Part shown: one piece after another, positions 19,763-29,661 of the stretch
Position numbering within the stretch: position 1 is the stretch's first letter
Layout of the letters: every line of letters begins with the position of its first letter
DNA from: Halorarum halobium
GTDB taxonomy: Archaea > Halobacteriota > Halobacteria > Halobacteriales > Haloferacaceae
Length of the DNA stretch: 64,000 nucleotides
Direction of reading: 5' to 3'
Assembly: GCF_032116555.1 (NCBI RefSeq)
Contig: NZ_CP134949.1
Coordinates: forward strand, 1,612,001 to 1,676,000
Notes under the pieces: generated by a model
Told to the model about the DNA's origin: nothing
The model's database searches: none
Seen by the model: the letters and a program-made list of their open reading frames with translations, nothing else
Program-made: the position numbers and the translations under genes

Positions 19763-21142
19763 ATGGAACGAGTCGACGTCGCCATCGTCGGCGGGGGACC
19801 GGCGGGCTCGGCCGCGGCCCACGCGGCCGCCGAGGGCGGAGCTTCGGCCCTCGTGCTCGAAAAGGGGGTGCCGCGTGCGGACCGCGAGGGGCCCGGCCCG
19901 GACTCCACCGACGCGGCGGGCATCCTCGACTACTGGGTCGACATCATGGGCATCCACCCGGACGAGTTCCCGGACGGCGTCTTCCAGCAGGAACTCGACC
20001 GGGCGGAGTTCATCGGCCCGAACGAGGCCTGTACGCTGCGGGCGACCGGCATCGAGTCCACTTACGACGGCTTCGGGTTCACGATGCACCGCGCACGCTT
20101 CGACGACTTCATGCGCGACCGCGCGGAGGAGGCCGGCGCCGAGTACCGCGTGCAGGCGTCGGTGAAGGACGTCGAAACGGATCGGAACGGCGAGCCGAGA
20201 CACGTCCTCTCGCTCGGGTCCGGGGAGGAGGTGGGCGCGGACTTTCTCGTCCTCGCGGACGGCCCGCAGCGGACGGTGACGAACCGGGTGCTTGACCGGT
20301 TCCTGCCGGCCGACCAGTCCGCCTCGGAGCGGCTCGCATCGACCGAGAACAACCACATCGCCTATCAGGAGTACCGGAAGTTCCCCGAGGAGGTGTACGA
20401 GGAGGTCTCGGGCGCGATCAAGTTCTGGTGGGGCGTGATGCCCGGCCACACCGCCTACCCCTGGATCTTCCCGAACGCCGAGCGCGTGTGCCGGGTCGGG
20501 CTGACGATGCCGATCGGGATGGACCTCGACGCCGTCGAGGACCGCGAGGAGTACGCGCTCATCCGCCCCGAGGACGAGCGGATCCCGTCGGGCTCCGAGT
20601 ACGTCCGGCGGCTCCTCGAACGGGAGTACGGCGACGAGTACGACGTCGAGACCGACTTCCCGCTGATCGAGGACGCGGGCAAGTCGAAGGGGACCGAGAC
20701 GTACCCGATCTCCTCGACGAACCCCATCGAGTCGCCCGTCGAGGCCGGCGTCGCGGTCACCGGCGGCGCGATGGGCGCGACCTCCGCGTTCCACGAGGGC
20801 GGCGACCACGTCGCCGTCAGGACCGGCACGATCGCCGGGGAACTCGCCGCGAACGGCGATCTCTCCGCCTACAACGACCGCTGGCACGACGCCATCGGCG
20901 AGGAGGTCCTGCGGAACGTGACGATGGCGAAGCTGTGTCGGGACTACGGGCCGAGCGACTGGGACGGCGCGTTCAGGACGGGCAGGAAGATGCTCGCCGG
21001 ATCGAGCGGCTACGAGATGTTCGAACAGCGATTCTCCGCCGGCTGGGGCGCGATGAAGCTGCTCCTCGCGTACAAGTGGCACAAGCGCGGGTTCAGGAAC
21101 CGACGATACGTGCAGTTGCGCGCCGACGAGTACGTGTACTGA
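19763..21142 (+). CDS. FAD-dependent oxidoreductase (geranylgeranyl reductase-like)
   Basis: VGGGPAG Rossmann motif, RARFD, LADG, YPWIFP. Confidence 0.85.
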   Translation: MERVDVAIVGGGPAGSAAAHAAAEGGASALVLEKGVPRADREGPGPDSTDAAGILDYWVDIMGIHPDEFPDGVFQQELDRAEFIGPNEACTLRATGIESTYDGFGFTMHRARFDDFMRDRAEEAGAEYRVQASVKDVETDRNGEPRHVLSLGSGEEVGADFLVLADGPQRTVTNRVLDRFLPADQSASERLASTENNHIAYQEYRKFPEEVYEEVSGAIKFWWGVMPGHTAYPWIFPNAERVCRVGLTMPIGMDLDAVEDREEYALIRPEDERIPSGSEYVRRLLEREYGDEYDVETDFPLIEDAGKSKGTETYPISSTNPIESPVEAGVAVTGGAMGATSAFHEGGDHVAVRTGTIAGELAANGDLSAYNDRWHDAIGEEVLRNVTMAKLCRDYGPSDWDGAFRTGRKMLAGSSGYEMFEQRFSAGWGAMKLLLAYKWHKRGFRNRRYVQLRADEYVY

Positions 21143-21188
21143 CCGTCCCGGAGCGCGACGTTTCGACGGTCCGAACGAGTCCGGAGGT

Positions 21189-22133
21189 TCAGACGACCCT
21201 GTTCTCTAACTCCGCCTCGCCGGCGGCCAGTCGCTCGACGTTGCCGGCCAGGATGTCCGCCACGCGCTCGAAGTACTGCGGCGTGTGGCCGGCGTTGTGC
21301 GGCGTGATGTGGACGTCCTCGAACCCCCAGAGCGGATGGTCCTCGGGGAGCGGTTCGGGGTCCGTGACGTCGAGGAACGCGCCCGCGAGGAGGTTCCGCC
21401 GGATCGCCGAGACGAGGTCGTCGGTGTCGACGACGGGACCCCGCGCGATGTTCACGAGCCGCGCGTTGGGCGGCAACGTCTTGATCGCGTCCGCGTCGAC
21501 CAGCCCCTCGGTTTCGTCGGTGAGCGGGCAGGCGAGCACGAGGTAGTCGGTCCGCGCGAGGGCGTCGTGGAACTCGTCGAAGCCAAACACCTCGTCGGTC
21601 GGTCCGCCTTTCTCCGGCGAGTAGCGGACGCCGAGCGTCTCCACGCCGAACGGGTCGAGCCGCTCGACGAGCGCCCGCCCGATGGCACCCAGCCCGACGA
21701 CGGTGACCGTCGAGCCGTAGAGCTCCCGGGAAGGGTAGGCTCGCCACTCGCGCCGGTCCTGCTGGCGCGTCGCCCGGCGGAAGTCCCGTGCCATCGTGAC
21801 CAGCGCGCCGATCACGTACTCGGAGATGTTCGGCCCGTGGACGCCCGAAGCGTTCGTCACGGCCACCCCCGCCTCGCGGAACGCGTCGAGGTCGAGGTGC
21901 CCCGTTCCGGCGTAGACGCCGGCGAACAGGCGGAGCGACTCGGCGGACTCGAGTAGCGACGCCGTCGTGAAGCCCTGCCCCGTCACGACGTCCGCGTCGA
22001 CGACGGCCTCGCGCTCCTCCACCGGCGTTTCGGCGAGGACGACCTCGTGTCCGGGGAGTCGCTCCCGAAGCGTCTCGGCGTACTCGCTCGCGGCGTGGCC
22101 GTGGATCTTCTGCCGCGTGACCAGGATTCGCAT
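21189..22133 (-). CDS. D-2-hydroxyacid dehydrogenase
   Basis: GLGAIG, VNIARG, LDVTDPEP, TPHNAG. Confidence 0.92.
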   Translation of the reverse strand: MRILVTRQKIHGHAASEYAETLRERLPGHEVVLAETPVEEREAVVDADVVTGQGFTTASLLESAESLRLFAGVYAGTGHLDLDAFREAGVAVTNASGVHGPNISEYVIGALVTMARDFRRATRQQDRREWRAYPSRELYGSTVTVVGLGAIGRALVERLDPFGVETLGVRYSPEKGGPTDEVFGFDEFHDALARTDYLVLACPLTDETEGLVDADAIKTLPPNARLVNIARGPVVDTDDLVSAIRRNLLAGAFLDVTDPEPLPEDHPLWGFEDVHITPHNAGHTPQYFERVADILAGNVERLAAGEAELENRVV

Positions 22134-22232
22134 GCGCGAGGCCACGACGCGGGGTCACTTAGTCGCGCCGGGGGCGGCGCGAACCGCCGCAAGTGGGCGG
22201 ATCGGCGGGCAGAGCTGCCCGAACGGGCGGCG

Positions 22233-22940
22233 CTATCGGACCGTGTTGACCAGCGTCCCGACGCCCTCGTAGGTGATCTCGACGGTGTCGCCCGGCTCCA
22301 CGAGCCCGGGGTTCGCGGGGCTGCCGAACGCGACCGCGTCTCCCGGGCGGAGCCGGAACCGCCCCGAGAGGAACGAGACGACCTCGTACGGGTCGAACAG
22401 CATCAGTTCCGTGTTCGCCTCCTGTCGTCGCTCGCCGGCGACGTCCGTGTGCACGTCGATGCCGGTCGGGTCGACGTCGGTCTCCAGCCACGGGCCGAGC
22501 GGTCCCGAGCCGGTGAACGCTTTCCTGGCCGTGCGGCCCCCCTGATCGAGCGCATCCACGTCGTTCATGATCGTGTAGCCGCGCACGTACTCGGGGACCT
22601 CTTCGGGCGAAACCGACTCGCACGGCTCGTCGATGACGGCGACGAGTTCTCCCGCGTAGGTGAGTTCGTCGGTCCAGTCGGGGTACGGAATCGGGTCGCG
22701 GTGGCCCAGCAGCGAGTGTGGCGGCTTGATGAAGAAGTCCGGCTCCTCGGGCCGCTCGTAGTCCATCTGTTCCAGCGTCGCCGCGAAGTTGCGGCCGACA
22801 CAGAACAGGGCGTCCGGGTCACACGGCGCGAGGAGGTCCGCTTGGGACACCTGGTAGTCCGCGTCGTCGGTCAGGAGTCGGCCCTCGCGGTACTCCCCCT
22901 CCCTGACGCCGTCCTCGGTCCGGGCGCGTGCGAGTCGCAT
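22233..22940 (-). CDS. fumarylacetoacetate hydrolase family protein
   Basis: CVGRNF, FFIKP, YAGEL, GYTIMNDV, GPLGP. Confidence 0.9.
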   Translation of the reverse strand: MRLARARTEDGVREGEYREGRLLTDDADYQVSQADLLAPCDPDALFCVGRNFAATLEQMDYERPEEPDFFIKPPHSLLGHRDPIPYPDWTDELTYAGELVAVIDEPCESVSPEEVPEYVRGYTIMNDVDALDQGGRTARKAFTGSGPLGPWLETDVDPTGIDVHTDVAGERRQEANTELMLFDPYEVVSFLSGRFRLRPGDAVAFGSPANPGLVEPGDTVEITYEGVGTLVNTVR

Positions 22941-23021
22941 ACGCTGCGGTCACGACCCGCCGTGAAAGTAGTTCCCGGTCCGGCCGAACGAACGCGCTGC
23001 CCGTTCGGTCGGCGCCCCCTC

Positions 23022-23462
23022 TCACGGGTTCCCGAACTCGCGCATCAGATCGACCAACTCCCGTGCGGAGGCGATCCGCTCCCGTCGAACCGCCTCTTCG
23101 TACGTGGGTTCGGACAGCGACTCGATGGCGTTGATCGCCCGGTCGAGCGCGTGGACCTCCTCGACGATCGTGACGCCCGCCTCGTACTCGATCGTCCCCG
23201 TCCGGATTCGCTTGATCAGCGCCATCCGGCGACGACGGAGATACGAGAGGATCTCTTCGATACGAGCGGCCTCGTCCTCCGCGACGTCGTCCCGATCCGC
23301 CATCGACACGTACCACTCGCGGAGCGGGACCGTCTCGCCGTCGATCTCGATGCGTTCCGGCATTCGCTCCCCCAGCGTCGAGGTCCCCCGATACACCTTC
23401 TCCAGCAGTTCGTCCCGCTCACGTTCGGTCAGCGTTCCGTCGGGAAGTGATTCGTCGGACAT
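23022..23462 (-). CDS. hypothetical protein (DUF5788-like)
   Basis: TLGERMPERIEIDGE, LDRAINAIESL. Confidence 0.75.
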   Translation of the reverse strand: MSDESLPDGTLTERERDELLEKVYRGTSTLGERMPERIEIDGETVPLREWYVSMADRDDVAEDEAARIEEILSYLRRRRMALIKRIRTGTIEYEAGVTIVEEVHALDRAINAIESLSEPTYEEAVRRERIASARELVDLMREFGNP

Positions 23463-23638
23463 CGTCTCGGTACCGTGTCGACGGACGTTCCCTCCCCGGA
23501 CGACGTATCGCCCGGGGGACGGAACCCGTCCACCGTGTGACAGAGTTGCCGCCGGCCGACACGTAAGCGTTCGGAGCAATTCGATACTCAAAGGACGCTG
23601 ACACAAGCGTTACCGCATCCGGTGCACTGTGTCGGCCA

Positions 23639-24499
23639 ATGACCGAGCCCCCGACCGAAGACGATGCGTTCTTCGACACCGTCAGCAACACCACTCGACG
23701 GGAAATCCTTCGAGGCCTGGCCGGCGCGTCCGGCGACGATCCGACGGATCCGTGGGTAGGGTACGCCGAACTCCGGGAGGCAGTCGGAATCCGGGACACG
23801 GGGAACTTCAACTACCACCTCGATCGGCTCGGTTCGCTGATCGAGAAGGGTGATCCGGGCTATCGGGTCACGCGAACCGGCATGGAAGCGATCGCGACCG
23901 TCGCGACCGGCGATCTCGATCCCGACTACGCGTGGGGTCCCGTCGAGGCGCCGGGCAGCTGTCACGTGTGCGGTGATCCGGTACGGCTCGTCTACGGGAG
24001 CGGCGTCCTCCGACTCACGTGCGGGGCAGAGGATCACGAGCGCCGATTCTCCATCTCGCCGGCACTGCTGGAGACGCACCCCGACGGGAGACTCGTCGAA
24101 CACGTCGCGTTCGCGGTCAACCGGTTGGGTGCCCTGTTGCGACACGGAATCTGCTCGGAGTGTCAGGGCTACGTCGACGGGACGGTTGAACCACACCCAC
24201 GGCACGTGGACCGGTACCACTACCATGGCCGGTGTGAGCGGTGCGAGTTTCGCCACGGCCAGTGGATCGGGGGGTACCTGATCAGCCACCCTGACGTCGT
24301 CTCCTTCTACCGGGACCACGACGTCGACGTCCGGTCGGTACCCCACTGGACGCTGGAGTTCTGTGATCCGGGTAGCGAAACCGTCGTCTCGACGGACCCG
24401 CTTCGGCTCCGAGTCGAGATCACGCACGAAGACACGACGTTCGACGTGACGGTCGACGGCGATGGATCCGTCACCCGAACGAATCCGCGCGCGCACTGA
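23639..24499 (+). CDS. ArsR-like wHTH regulator with C-terminal Cys-rich domain
   Basis: RREILRGL, RDTGNFNYHLDRL, CHVCG, CSEC, CERC. Confidence 0.88.
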   Translation: MTEPPTEDDAFFDTVSNTTRREILRGLAGASGDDPTDPWVGYAELREAVGIRDTGNFNYHLDRLGSLIEKGDPGYRVTRTGMEAIATVATGDLDPDYAWGPVEAPGSCHVCGDPVRLVYGSGVLRLTCGAEDHERRFSISPALLETHPDGRLVEHVAFAVNRLGALLRHGICSECQGYVDGTVEPHPRHVDRYHYHGRCERCEFRHGQWIGGYLISHPDVVSFYRDHDVDVRSVPHWTLEFCDPGSETVVSTDPLRLRVEITHEDTTFDVTVDGDGSVTRTNPRAH

Positions 24500-24624
24500 G
24501 AACCCACGGGACCGTCCCCGTCCGCCCGCGGGTGCTCCCCGGGGAGGACTCGTCGGGGACCACGGTGGCTCGGCAAGGAAGTTCGAGGCGGCCGCCTCGG
24601 GGGCGGTCGACCGTGGATACTGTC

Positions 24625-25929
24625 TCAGTTCCCCACGTCCATCGCCCGTTGGACGACGTCGGGGCCGTACATCTCCTCGAGTTCCGCGTGCTGGTCGGGT
24701 CGGTGCTCGTAGACGTCCTGGAACAGCGTGATCGGCGTCTGGGCCGCCTGGTAGGTCGCCTCGTCCCACATCCGATCCGTGCTGAACGCCACCTCGACGC
24801 CGTCGAGGACGAGCGTCGTGGACTGGGTCATGGCGATCGCGCCCCTGCCCGCCTCCTTTGCGGCCTCGAACTCCTCCATCGAGTCGACGATGTCGTCCAT
24901 GCTCGGCACGTACGAGATGCGGTCGAGCAGTTCCTCGTGCAGGCCGTCGGCGTCCAGTTCGTGCTCGTCGCCGTCGACACCCAGGACGTACCCGTCGTCG
25001 GTCTCCGCCAGCGAGAGGTCCTCGCCGTCGTAGACGGCCCGGTCGCCCTCGGCGGGGAGGTCGACCTCGTCGTCCCCGACCGAGAGCAGCCAGCTTCCGG
25101 TTGTCGGCGGGAGCGGGTCGGTGTTCGCCACTTCGACCTGTGTGGGCGTCAGCGACCAGATGCCGGTCATCCCCTTGGCCCGATTGTCCCGCATCCGGTC
25201 GCGATAGCCCTCGACGTCGCGGATGTCGTCGTACGGGCCGTCCACGGCGATCAGGCCGGCGGCGCTGGCACCGCGGGAGGTGTTGTGCCGGAGTTCGGGC
25301 CAGGGCGGCAGTTCGCCGGTCGGCGTCATCGCCCGCATGTCCTTGGTGTAGTCGACCTCGCCGTCGACGAGCATGAACAGCCGTTCGAGATTGTTCGAGG
25401 GCTTGCCCATCTCCTCGCGGAGGTCGGCCATGGCGAGTTCGGCCTCGCCGCTCTCGACGATCACGGACATCGAGAGGCTCCCCTCCTCCAGTCCGTGCTC
25501 GGTCTCGACGATGGTGAGGAACTCGTCGGCCTTCTTCCAGTCGTCGACGTCACCCACTTCCGGAATGACGAACCCGTCGACGTGCTCGACCGCGCCGTTG
25601 TCGGGGTCGGCGATCTCCATGATCTGCTGGAACCCCGAGTGACGCGTGGTGGGGCTGTCGCGGTGCCAGACGACGCGGGGGTGGATCTCGCCGGGGAACT
25701 CGGCACCGTGCTCGGCGACGACCTCGACGATGTTCTCGACGCCCTCCTCACGCATGGCGGGCGCGGTCGCGTCCTCGTTGTCGGGGACCCAGACGTCGGG
25801 GGCCTGGAGCCCGCGGAGTCCGGCCGCGCTGCGGATCATCTTGGCGGAGTCGTCCTCCCCCTTCACCGCGGTCGGAGACGTGAAGAACGTTCGAACGAAC
25901 TCGCGTTCGTACTGCCGTTGTGTACTCAT
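24625..25929 (-). CDS. aceB: malate synthase, haloarchaeal H type
   Basis: EFVRTFFTSPTAV, PDNEDATAP, DGEVDYTKDMR, DRMWDEATY, as recalled for Haloferax malate synthase H. Confidence 0.95.
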   Translation of the reverse strand: MSTQRQYEREFVRTFFTSPTAVKGEDDSAKMIRSAAGLRGLQAPDVWVPDNEDATAPAMREEGVENIVEVVAEHGAEFPGEIHPRVVWHRDSPTTRHSGFQQIMEIADPDNGAVEHVDGFVIPEVGDVDDWKKADEFLTIVETEHGLEEGSLSMSVIVESGEAELAMADLREEMGKPSNNLERLFMLVDGEVDYTKDMRAMTPTGELPPWPELRHNTSRGASAAGLIAVDGPYDDIRDVEGYRDRMRDNRAKGMTGIWSLTPTQVEVANTDPLPPTTGSWLLSVGDDEVDLPAEGDRAVYDGEDLSLAETDDGYVLGVDGDEHELDADGLHEELLDRISYVPSMDDIVDSMEEFEAAKEAGRGAIAMTQSTTLVLDGVEVAFSTDRMWDEATYQAAQTPITLFQDVYEHRPDQHAELEEMYGPDVVQRAMDVGN

Positions 25930-26050
25930 GTCGGTCGTTTCGACCGTGGCTCGGAATCATCATAAACATTAATCATGGACACAGTTTTGCCCGACTGAAC
26001 GACCGACCGGGAATCGGGGTGCGTCGGCGCCCGAACCCGCCCGGAATCGA

Positions 26051-26416
26051 CTACTCCAGCGGCTCGACCAGTTCGACGACGTGGCCGTCCGGGTCCTTCA
26101 GAAACGCCGTTCGGGCCCCGGCCGCGTTGTTGTCGCCGGGCTCTTCCACCACGCCGTGGTCGTCTATCGCCGCGAACGCCTCGTCCACGTCGTCGACCCC
26201 GACCGCGAAGTGGTCCACGCCGGTCCCCTCGTGGAACTCGTCCTCGCCCTCGGTGTCGGAAAGCTGGAGTTCGACTCCGTCCTCGTCCGCGACGTAGACA
26301 TTCCGCGTCCCGCCGCTCTCGAACTCCCAGCTATACCCGAACCCGAGGTTCTCGACGTACCAGTCGGCCGCGGCGTCGGCGTCGGCGACGTTCAAACAGA
26401 CGTGCAGGAATCCCAT
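26051..26416 (-). CDS. VOC / glyoxalase I family protein
   Basis: LHVCLNV, DHFAVGVDD, FLKDPDGHVVEL. Confidence 0.9.
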   Translation of the reverse strand: MGFLHVCLNVADADAAADWYVENLGFGYSWEFESGGTRNVYVADEDGVELQLSDTEGEDEFHEGTGVDHFAVGVDDVDEAFAAIDDHGVVEEPGDNNAAGARTAFLKDPDGHVVELVEPLE

Positions 26417-26537
26417 CGTCGGCCACGACAGGCCCAGAACCCATACCCGTTCCGGCGGCGGCAACACCCCTTCCCCGCGTTCCCGCGAACGTCATCATCT
26501 ACCAAAGGGTTTTGCGGCACGGAGGCAAGACCCGAGC

Positions 26538-29500
26538 ATGGCAACCGAGCGGCGAGACGACCGGTGGGACACATCGGCGGAAGCGCTCGGCCACGAGCGC
26601 CCGGACGTCCCCGCCCACGCGGCGCTCGCGGACGACCTCCGCGAACGGGTTCGCGGCGAGGTACAGTTCGACGAGTACGCGCAGGTGCTGTACGCGACCG
26701 ACGGGAGCGTCTACGGGGCCAGACCTGCCGGCGTCGTCTGTCCGAAGGACACCGACGACGTGCGCGAGGCGGCCAGGGTCGCCGCCGAGCACGACGTGCC
26801 GGTGCTCCCGCGGGGTGCCGGCTCCTCGCTCGCGGGGCAGGCCGTCGGCCCGGGCTGTGTCGTGCTGGACCTCTCCCGGCACATGGACGACGTTCTCGAG
26901 GTCGATCCGGGCGCGCGGCGGGCGACCGTCCAGCCCGGCGTCGTCCAGGACCACCTCGACGACCGCCTCGCCGAGGACGGCCTGAAGTTCGCCCCGGACC
27001 CTGCCTCGTCCGCAAGGGCGACCGTGGGTGGCGGGCTCGGCAACAACTCGACGGGCGCCCACTCGGTTCGATACGGCATCAGCGACGCCTACACGGAGGA
27101 GCTTCGCGTGGTACTCGCCGACGGCTCCCTCGTTCACGCCCGCGAGATCGTGCTCGACTCGCCCGAGTGGGAGGCGGTCGTCGGGAAGTTCGACCGCGAG
27201 GCGGACCTCTGCCGGACGGTTCGGGGGCTCGTCGAGGACAACGAGGCCGAGATCGAGGAGCGCTACCCGACGCTGAAACGCTCCGTGTCCGGGTACAACC
27301 TGCACAAGGTCATCTACGAGAACGACGACGGCGAGGAAGTCATCAACCTCTCGAAGCTGTTCGTCGGCGCCGAGGGAACGCTCGGCGTGATCGTCGAGGC
27401 GACCGTCTCGCTCGTCACGAGACCCGAGGAGACCGCCCTCGCGCTGTACTGCTTCGAGGACCTCGTCGACGCGATGCGGGCGGTTCCGGTGGCCCTGGAG
27501 TACCCCGTCTCCGCGGTGGAACTCATGGACGAGGAGGTGTTCAGGCTCGCCCGGGAGTCGACCGAGTACGCCCAGTACGCCGAGCCGATTCCGGACGGCA
27601 CGGCCGCGGCGCTGATGCTGGAGTGGGACTCGGAGGTCGTCTCCCGCTCGCCCGGCGACGGGGGGCCGGACGAGACGCCGGATTTCGAATCGGCCTTCGC
27701 CGACGCGACCCGGGAGTTCGTCACCGACGGCGACGCGTTCGAGGTGCTGGAGGCGTACACCGACGAGGCGCAGTCGGACCTCTGGAAGCTCCGCAAGGCC
27801 GCCATCCCGCTGCTGATGAGCCTCCAGGGCGACCCGAAGCCGTACCCGTTCATCGAGGACGCATCCGTTCCACCCGACGAACTCGCGGAGTACGTCCAGC
27901 AGTTCGAGGCGGTGCTCGACGAACACGGCACCTCAGCCGCCTACTTCGCTCACGCGGGCGCCGGGACGCTCCACATCCGGCCCATCCTGTCGCTGAAGGA
28001 GGGGGAGGGCATCGAGACGATGCACTCGATCGCCGAGGACGTGACCGACCTCGTGCTCGAACACCACGGGTCGTTCTCGGGCGAGCACGGCGACGGCCTC
28101 GCGCGCACCGAGTTCAACCCGGAGATGTACGGGCCGGCGCTGTGGACCGCGTTCCAGGACCTCAAGTCGGCGTTCGACCCGGACTGGCGGATGAACCCCG
28201 GGAAGGTGGTTTACACCGACCCGGAGACGGCGAGCGAGCGCGGCTATCCGGACACCGCGGCGAACACGGACATGCGCGACGACCTCCGGTACGGCGCGGA
28301 CTACCAGTCGATCGAACCCCGAACCGCACTGGACTTCTCGGAGGAGGGCGGGTTCTCACACCTCGTCGAACTCTGCAACGGCTGTGGCACCTGCCGGCAG
28401 ACGCGCGGGGACGTCATGTGTCCGACGTACCGCGCCTCGAAGGAGGAGATCCAGACGACCCGTGGCCGGGCCAACATGCTCCGGGCGGCCATCTCGGGGG
28501 ACCTCGACGAGAACGAGATTCACTCCGATCGGTTCCAGGAGGAGGTGCTGGGGCTCTGTGTCGGCTGCAAGGGCTGTCAGTCGGACTGTCCCACCGGCGT
28601 CGACCTGGCCAAACTGAAAGCGGAGGTGAAACACCAGCACCACGAGGAGGACGGCTCGAGCCTCCGGGAGCGACTGTTCGCCGACATCGACGCGGCGAGC
28701 CGGCTCGGCTCGACGCTCGCGCCGCTCTCGAACCTGGCGACATCCGTGCCCGGCGCGCGCTGGGCGATGGAGAAGACGCTCGGTATCGCGGCCGACAGGG
28801 AGCTCCCGTCGTTCACGCGGGCCACGTTCGTGGACCAGTTCCGTGCCCGGAGCGGCCCGGCGATCGCCGGAGACGACGCGGAAGCGACCGTGGTGCTGTT
28901 CCCGGACACGTACTCCAACTACAGCACCCCCGAGGTCGGGATGGCGGCCGTCGAGGTACTGGAGGCGGCTGGCTGCCGGGTCGAGGTTCCCGACGACCTC
29001 GCGCCGTCCGGACGGGCCGCGTTTTCGAGCGGCTTCCTCGACCGCGCCCGGGACCGCGCGGAACGAAACGTCGACGCGTTGCTCCCGCACGTCGAGTCCG
29101 GAGCGGCCGTCGTCTTCGTCGAACCGTCGGACGCGGTGATGTTCCAGGACGAGTACCGCGACCTGCTCGACGGGGAGGCGGTGGAGGCGGTTTCGGCGGC
29201 GAGCTACGGGGTGCTGGAGTACCTCGACGTCTCGCGGGCGGACGAGCGCGCGTCGTTCGACGCGCCCGGCGGCGCGTTCGCCTACCACGGCCACTGCAAC
29301 CAGAAGGCGACGAACAAGGACCACCACGCGGTCGGCGTCCTCCGGCGGGCCGGCTACGAGGTGGACCCGCTGGACACGACCTGCTGTGGCATGGCGGGGA
29401 GTTTCGGCTACGAGGCCGAGCACTACGACCTCTCGAAGGCCATCGGGTCGCTGTTGTTCGACGCCGTGGACGGGAGCGACGCCCACCGCGTGACCGCGCC

Positions 29501-29597
29501 GGGAGCGTCGTGTCGGTCACAGCTTGGCGACAGGGAGGGGCGAGCGGAGCGACCCCCGCACCCGGTCGAACTGCTGCAAGCGGCGCTCGAACGATAG
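26538..29597 (+). CDS. FAD-linked oxidase fused to Fe-S/CCG domains (GlcD/GlcF-like 2-hydroxyacid dehydrogenase)
   Basis: PRGAGSSL, GAEGTLG, GEHGDG, CNGCGTC, CVGCKGCQSDCP, CCGMAG. Confidence 0.92.
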   Translation: MATERRDDRWDTSAEALGHERPDVPAHAALADDLRERVRGEVQFDEYAQVLYATDGSVYGARPAGVVCPKDTDDVREAARVAAEHDVPVLPRGAGSSLAGQAVGPGCVVLDLSRHMDDVLEVDPGARRATVQPGVVQDHLDDRLAEDGLKFAPDPASSARATVGGGLGNNSTGAHSVRYGISDAYTEELRVVLADGSLVHAREIVLDSPEWEAVVGKFDREADLCRTVRGLVEDNEAEIEERYPTLKRSVSGYNLHKVIYENDDGEEVINLSKLFVGAEGTLGVIVEATVSLVTRPEETALALYCFEDLVDAMRAVPVALEYPVSAVELMDEEVFRLARESTEYAQYAEPIPDGTAAALMLEWDSEVVSRSPGDGGPDETPDFESAFADATREFVTDGDAFEVLEAYTDEAQSDLWKLRKAAIPLLMSLQGDPKPYPFIEDASVPPDELAEYVQQFEAVLDEHGTSAAYFAHAGAGTLHIRPILSLKEGEGIETMHSIAEDVTDLVLEHHGSFSGEHGDGLARTEFNPEMYGPALWTAFQDLKSAFDPDWRMNPGKVVYTDPETASERGYPDTAANTDMRDDLRYGADYQSIEPRTALDFSEEGGFSHLVELCNGCGTCRQTRGDVMCPTYRASKEEIQTTRGRANMLRAAISGDLDENEIHSDRFQEEVLGLCVGCKGCQSDCPTGVDLAKLKAEVKHQHHEEDGSSLRERLFADIDAASRLGSTLAPLSNLATSVPGARWAMEKTLGIAADRELPSFTRATFVDQFRARSGPAIAGDDAEATVVLFPDTYSNYSTPEVGMAAVEVLEAAGCRVEVPDDLAPSGRAAFSSGFLDRARDRAERNVDALLPHVESGAAVVFVEPSDAVMFQDEYRDLLDGEAVEAVSAASYGVLEYLDVSRADERASFDAPGGAFAYHGHCNQKATNKDHHAVGVLRRAGYEVDPLDTTCCGMAGSFGYEAEHYDLSKAIGSLLFDAVDGSDAHRVTAPGASCRSQLGDREGRAERPPHPVELLQAALER

Positions 29598-29661
29598 GAT
29601 CAAAACAGTTCCCTCCCCCCGATCCGGACCGAATCCGTCCGACGCGGCCCGCGATCGACCC

